A DNA stretch of 64,000 bases from an uncultured Gemmatimonadales bacterium (GTDB lineage Bacteria; Gemmatimonadota; Gemmatimonadetes; Longimicrobiales; RSA9). Below the pieces are notes generated by a model that saw nothing but the letters and a program-made list of their open reading frames with translations, did not search any database and was not told the DNA's origin. The stretch spans positions 320,001-384,000 of the forward strand of contig CAWFKH010000001.1 in NCBI GenBank assembly GCA_963816355.1, in the 5' to 3' direction. Both the position numbers and the translations under genes were made by a program. Of the stretch, positions 59,531 to 64,000 are shown in pieces; the stretch's first letter is position 1; every line of letters starts with the position of its first letter.

Positions 59531-61393
59531 TCAGTGCAGCCGCGCCTTCGTCGAGCGCGGCGCCGGCTCGCACTCCGGCCACGTGGTGGCGCCGCCGCGT
59601 CGGCCGAACGGGGAGGGAGGGAGGCTGGCGAGGTCGACGCGATCGAGGGGGATGCGCTCGGGGTCCTCGGAGGCGAGGTAGGCGAGCATCGCGGTGAGCG
59701 TCGCGTTGTAGCGCAGATCGTCGAACACGACCTTGTCGTACGTGTCGCGCTCGGTGTGCCAGGTGACGTTGCCGTAGTCCCACGACAGGGCGCCGAGGCC
59801 GAAGGCGGGCAGGCCGTGGCAGCCGAAGGAGAAGTCGTCGCTGCCGCCGCCGGCCGGGCGGCCGGCGACGACGGGGGCGCCGTCGTCGATGCGCTGGCGC
59901 CACTCGAGGGGAATCTCGGCCAGCCACGCGTTCAGGTGCTCGGGCGCGTGGACGAGGCCGGCGCCGCCGATGCGCACGATGCGGCCGGTGCCGTTGTCCT
60001 GGTTGAAGAGCGCCTGGAGCCCGCGCAGCACCTCGGGGTGGTCCTCCGTGAACGCCTTCGAGCCGACCTCGCCTTCCTCCTCGCCGCTCCAGTGGCCGAC
60101 CAGGATGGTGCGCTTCGGGTGCGGGTAGACCCGCTTCAGGATGCGCATCGCCTCGAGCATCGTGAGCGTGCCGGTGCCGTTGTCGGTGGCACCCGACGAG
60201 CCGTCCCACGAGTCGAAGTGCGCCGAAAGCATCACGTACTCGTCGGGCGTCTCCGTGCCCGGTATCGCGGCGACCACGTTGTAGACCGGCTGCTCGCCGA
60301 GCAGCTTGCCCTCAAGGTCGAGGCGGATGCGGGGGCGGTCGCCGTTCTCGGTGAGGCGGTAGACGAGGCCGTAGTCCTCGCAGTCAAGCGCGACCGCCGG
60401 CGACTTCGTGTTGTACGTCTCGAAGACCTCCATCGCGCCCCAGCCGGTGTTGAGCGTGCCGGCGAAGCTGCCGAAGCCGCCGCCGCCCCGGCCCTGCGGG
60501 TCCAGCTCGGCGGCGACCACCTGCTCCGGCGTGCGTCCGCCGCCCATCCGCCACGCCAGCTTCGGACGCGAGGTGAGGATGCCGGCGGCGCCTGCCTCCT
60601 CGAGGCGCACGCCGAGGTCGCCGCCGCCGAGGGCCGGATAGTAGCCGGTGCCGCGCAGGCCGGCTCCCGCGCCGTCCTCGCCCGGGCGGGGTCGTACGAC
60701 GCTCCACGCGCGTTGCGTCTCCACCATCAGCGTGTCCATGCGCGCCTTCGACTCCGGCGTCGCGTTCATCGCCCAGTCGTCCTGCGGCCGGCAGGTGGGC
60801 AGCGCCGCGGAGATGAGGACGAGCTTCCCCTTGGCGTTCGGCAGCCAGCGCACGAACTCGGTGCTGTCGTGGAACGCGGGCAGGATGACGGTCCCGAGCG
60901 TGACCGGCTTGCCGCCGGTGCCCGGGCTGTAGCCCACCATCTGCCCCTGGAGCGTGCGGTTGCGCGGCGCCACCAGGTCGATGTGCGACGGCCCTCGCAC
61001 CCAGCCGCGCCACGTGCCGTAGCGCTCCTCGCGCGCGTCGATGCCCCACGTCGCGTACTCCTTCAGGAGCCAGTCCTGCGCCCGCTTGAGGTCCGGGCTC
61101 CCCATCAGCCGCGGGCCGAGCGAATCGAAGAGCACGTGGGCCTCCGTCTCGAGCCGCGAGCTGTCCATTCCGACGGCGTAGATCCGCCGGATCGTCGCGT
61201 CGTCCGTGGGGAACGTCTGCGCGGCGACGGGCACGGGCGCGGGGAGCGCCGCGGCCACCGCGAGGCCGAGGGCGAGGGCCGGCGCGAGGGCGAGGGCGCG
61301 CGCGCGCCCCGGCGCAGGAGCGAGGATCGGCGTGAGGGCGGGCGTCGGCGTCGGCAGCGCGGCGCCGGCGCGGCGCGAGGGTCGATTCGTCAT
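59531..61393 (-). CDS. M28-family metallopeptidase (carboxypeptidase Q-like)
   Basis: GPRL.GS, SAHFDSW...GATDNGTG, SGEEEG..GS, N.DNG, SD..SF, WHT..DT.DK. Confidence 0.92.
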   Translation of the reverse strand: MTNRPSRRAGAALPTPTPALTPILAPAPGRARALALAPALALGLAVAAALPAPVPVAAQTFPTDDATIRRIYAVGMDSSRLETEAHVLFDSLGPRLMGSPDLKRAQDWLLKEYATWGIDAREERYGTWRGWVRGPSHIDLVAPRNRTLQGQMVGYSPGTGGKPVTLGTVILPAFHDSTEFVRWLPNAKGKLVLISAALPTCRPQDDWAMNATPESKARMDTLMVETQRAWSVVRPRPGEDGAGAGLRGTGYYPALGGGDLGVRLEEAGAAGILTSRPKLAWRMGGGRTPEQVVAAELDPQGRGGGGFGSFAGTLNTGWGAMEVFETYNTKSPAVALDCEDYGLVYRLTENGDRPRIRLDLEGKLLGEQPVYNVVAAIPGTETPDEYVMLSAHFDSWDGSSGATDNGTGTLTMLEAMRILKRVYPHPKRTILVGHWSGEEEGEVGSKAFTEDHPEVLRGLQALFNQDNGTGRIVRIGGAGLVHAPEHLNAWLAEIPLEWRQRIDDGAPVVAGRPAGGGSDDFSFGCHGLPAFGLGALSWDYGNVTWHTERDTYDKVVFDDLRYNATLTAMLAYLASEDPERIPLDRVDLASLPPSPFGRRGGATTWPECEPAPRSTKARLH

Positions 61394-61543
61394 CGGTTCC
61401 AGGTCCTGCGGCAGGGGAAGAACGGGCATGTTCGCGACCTGGGATTCTACGCCGTGCGGCGACGATCGCAAAGGGAGTCGGACTCGCGGAGGTCGGCTGC
61501 GACGCGCTCGACGTGCACGCGCGAGCGCTGGGACGACGTCGCT

Positions 61544-61616
61544 GCCCGCGACGCTGGCGGCCGAGCCCGGTTGCCGCCCGCGACGCTGGCGGGCGAGCGC
61601 GGTTGCCGCCCGCGAC
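61544..61616. repeat. 32-bp tandem repeat (about 2.3 copies) in a divergent intergenic region
   Basis: GCCCGCGACGCTGGCGGSCGAGCSCGGTTGCC twice plus a partial copy. Confidence 0.8.
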
Positions 61617-61759
61617 CCGCCGCCGCATACTTTTCGGCGATCCGCGAGCCGCCCGCCTCCCCATCCCGACGCCGCGGGCTCCTACTCCGCATCGCAGAGC
61701 GCGGCGTGACGACCGATCCGTCCGACGCGCGATCGAACCCCCAACGCCAGCGGGTGCCC

Positions 61760-64000
61760 ATGTCCCGACCCCGGTCGTGCTCCCCGGTCCGCCGCCCGCG
61801 GCGGCCCCTGCCGTCCCCGTCGGCCGCGCTCCCGGCGGCAGCGGCGTCCGCGCTCCCGGCGGTAGCGGCGTCGGCGCTCCCGGCGGCCCTCCCTTCCGTG
61901 GTCCTCGCCGTTCTCGCGCTGACGCTCGCGGCGTCGGGCGGGCGGGCGCAGCAGGGGCGCCCCTTCACGGTGGACGACGCGCTCGGCGTGCGCTCGGCGC
62001 GCATCGAGGACGTGACGCGGGACGGGGGGTGGGCGGCGGTCACGGTGCAGGTGCGGCGTGACCGGCTGGGCGTGGACAACGGCCGCTTCGGCGATCCCAC
62101 CTACATCGCGCCGTCGCCGGTGCGGCTCGAGCTGCTGGACGCGGCGGGTGGCCGCGCGCGCGCCCTCTTCTCCGCCCCCGTCCAGGTGCGCGAGCCGACG
62201 TTCTCGAAGGACGGCGGCCGGCTCGCCTTCTTCCTGCTGAAGGACGGCGGCTGGTCGCTGTATGTTCACGACGTCGCCGCGAACCGCACGCGCGCCGTGG
62301 CGTTGCGCACGCGCAGGAAGATCGCCTCCGTCTCGCCGCTGGTGTGGGCGCCGGACGGCCGCTCGCTGCTGCTCACGCTGCGCCCGGATGGCTGGGCGGC
62401 GGGCGCGCGCGCGGCGTTCGTGCACCTGACGGAGGGGCCGATCGTCGTCCAGGACGCGCGCTCTCCGTTCCTCGCCTGGGACAGCGTGCGCAACCTGGGC
62501 GATCGGCAGATCCCCGCCATCGTCACGCTCGCCGGCGGCGCGGTGCGGGAGATCCTGCCGGAGACCGCCGGCCTGCGTGAGCCGCGCTTCTCGGCCGACG
62601 GCGCCTACGTGGTCTACGCCACCGCGGAGGCGAAGCGGACGTCGTACGACCGCGACTCCGGCACGGCGTACGGCGTCTTCCGGCTGCGGCTGACGCCGGG
62701 CAGCGCGCCCGACACGGTCGTGAAGCCCGCCGAGCACCGACTCACGCCGCGGTGGAACGAGGGCGCCACCGCGTTCGCGTACGCTCGGAAGGGAAGCGTC
62801 TTCGTGCGTTTCCTCGACGCCGACAGCGCGCGCGACCTGACCGGCCGCTATCGCACGCCGGTGTCGGCGACGGACACGACGAAGCTCGCGTACGCCGTCG
62901 TCGCATGGCGTCCCGATGGCGGCGCGCTGCTGGTGAGCGCGCAGGACGGCTACCACCTGCTCGACCCGCGCACGGACTCGATGGCGTTGGTCTATCCGTT
63001 CAGCGCGGACACGGCCGCGCGGCCGGAGCGGGCTTTCGAGGCGTGGAGCCGTGACGGCCGCTACCTCTTCATCTCCACGTCGGCGCGCGACCGGTGGGCG
63101 CGCGGCCTCGAGCGCTACGACCTGAGCGCCCGCCAGGCGACGAAGCTGGTGAGCGACGCGGGCATCTACCGTTCGTGGCACGTTTCGGACGACGGCTCGC
63201 GCTTCGTCTTCGAGCGCTCCGACGGCGAGCGTCCCAACGAGGTCTACGCGGCGGGCCGCGACTTCTCGGATGCGCACGCGCTGACGGCGCTGAATCCGCA
63301 GCTGCGTGGCGTCGCCCTCACGCGCTCGGAGCTGGTGAGCTACCTGGACGTGGACGGCAAGAAGCTGTACGGCGTGCTCTACTATCCATACGACTACCAG
63401 CCGGGCAGGAAGTATCCGTTGGTCGCGGAGGTCTACGAGAAGTTCTTCGACAACGGCTACAACGAGAGCATGAACCTGCTGGCGTCGCGGGGATGGTTCG
63501 TGTTCCACCCGTCGGTGGACCTGCACGTCGGCTACCCGGGCGAGGCGTGGGTGAAGGGAGTGACCGACGGCATCAACACGCTGATCGAGCGCGGCCTGGT
63601 GGATGGCGACAGGCTGGGCGTCGAGGGCACCAGCTACGGCGGCTACGCCACGAACCTGCTCATCACGCAGACCGACCGCTTCGCCGCGGCGGTCAACATC
63701 TCCGGGAAGGTCGACATCATCTCCTTCCTGGGCGACAGCCCGAAGATCGGCACGCGCAACTACTACGCGGCGGAGAAGGGGCAGGACCGCATCGGCGCGA
63801 CGCTGTGGGAGGCGCCGCAGAAGTACGTGGCGCACTCCGCCGTCGTGTACGCCGACCGCATCCGCACGCCGCTGCTGATGCTCACGGGAAAGCAGGACTG
63901 GAACGTGCCGGACACGAACGAGCGCGAGATGTACTACGCGCTGCGCCGGCTGGGGAAGGAAGCGGTGTGGGTGCAGTACGCCGACGCCGGCCACGGCGCC
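61760..64000 (+). CDS. S9 prolyl-oligopeptidase-family serine peptidase (3' end outside window)
   Basis: Hand translation: signal peptide, RPFTVDD, propeller region, KYPLV..VYE, GTSYGGY nucleophile (~63626), TPLL.L.G..D.NV, GHG at the window edge; missing from the track because no stop codon. Confidence 0.9.
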   Translation, partial: MSRPRSCSPVRRPRRPLPSPSAALPAAAASALPAVAASALPAALPSVVLAVLALTLAASGGRAQQGRPFTVDDALGVRSARIEDVTRDGGWAAVTVQVRRDRLGVDNGRFGDPTYIAPSPVRLELLDAAGGRARALFSAPVQVREPTFSKDGGRLAFFLLKDGGWSLYVHDVAANRTRAVALRTRRKIASVSPLVWAPDGRSLLLTLRPDGWAAGARAAFVHLTEGPIVVQDARSPFLAWDSVRNLGDRQIPAIVTLAGGAVREILPETAGLREPRFSADGAYVVYATAEAKRTSYDRDSGTAYGVFRLRLTPGSAPDTVVKPAEHRLTPRWNEGATAFAYARKGSVFVRFLDADSARDLTGRYRTPVSATDTTKLAYAVVAWRPDGGALLVSAQDGYHLLDPRTDSMALVYPFSADTAARPERAFEAWSRDGRYLFISTSARDRWARGLERYDLSARQATKLVSDAGIYRSWHVSDDGSRFVFERSDGERPNEVYAAGRDFSDAHALTALNPQLRGVALTRSELVSYLDVDGKKLYGVLYYPYDYQPGRKYPLVAEVYEKFFDNGYNESMNLLASRGWFVFHPSVDLHVGYPGEAWVKGVTDGINTLIERGLVDGDRLGVEGTSYGGYATNLLITQTDRFAAAVNISGKVDIISFLGDSPKIGTRNYYAAEKGQDRIGATLWEAPQKYVAHSAVVYADRIRTPLLMLTGKQDWNVPDTNEREMYYALRRLGKEAVWVQYADAGHGA

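Noticed and set aside
61682..63994. 770-aa minus-strand ORF
   Set aside because: Antisense to the S9 peptidase, which carries the catalytic motifs on the + strand.

Overview
A very GC-rich (roughly 70-75% by eye) diderm bacterial region. The gene repertoire (BTAD-TolB-TPR regulator, 6-bladed beta-propeller lipoproteins, CarboxypepD_reg+plug proteins, M28/S9 peptidases) suggests Gemmatimonadota; this is an inference. Backbone genes: copA-copZ, tamA/tamB-like pair, DUF1207 and DUF481 outer-membrane proteins, class V aminotransferase, tdk, cytochrome b/Mo-oxidoreductase pair, MATE, citrate synthase, bioY, DAACS symporter, rhomboid, TPP riboswitch-thiC, Fic, YciI/DinB, di-haem peroxidase, IorAB-like Mo enzyme and peptidases. 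I found no tRNA, rRNA, CRISPR array, integrase or transposase. The best candidate for an undescribed system is a lower-GC, all-minus-strand island at about 28.8-38.7 kb. It encodes two unrelated secreted 4-Cys microproteins, a CxxC thioredoxin-like lipoprotein, a 6-bladed propeller, a pseudo-receiver AraC regulator, a PDZ protein, a TonB-receptor-like barrel and a barrel-less plug protein. It also contains decayed paralogue fragments and a duplicated ~70-bp non-coding element. Other highlights: a c-di-GMP-I riboswitch with a visible anti-SD ON-switch ahead of an FN3-like lipoprotein, a CHY zinc-finger gene with no canonical start codon, an OM barrel-NlpC/P60 fusion, helically phased repeats upstream of fic, a MauG-like peroxidase beside a WxW lipoprotein, and a G4/i-motif-prone repeat in a divergent promoter. 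All family calls come from motif recognition by eye; no database search was run.
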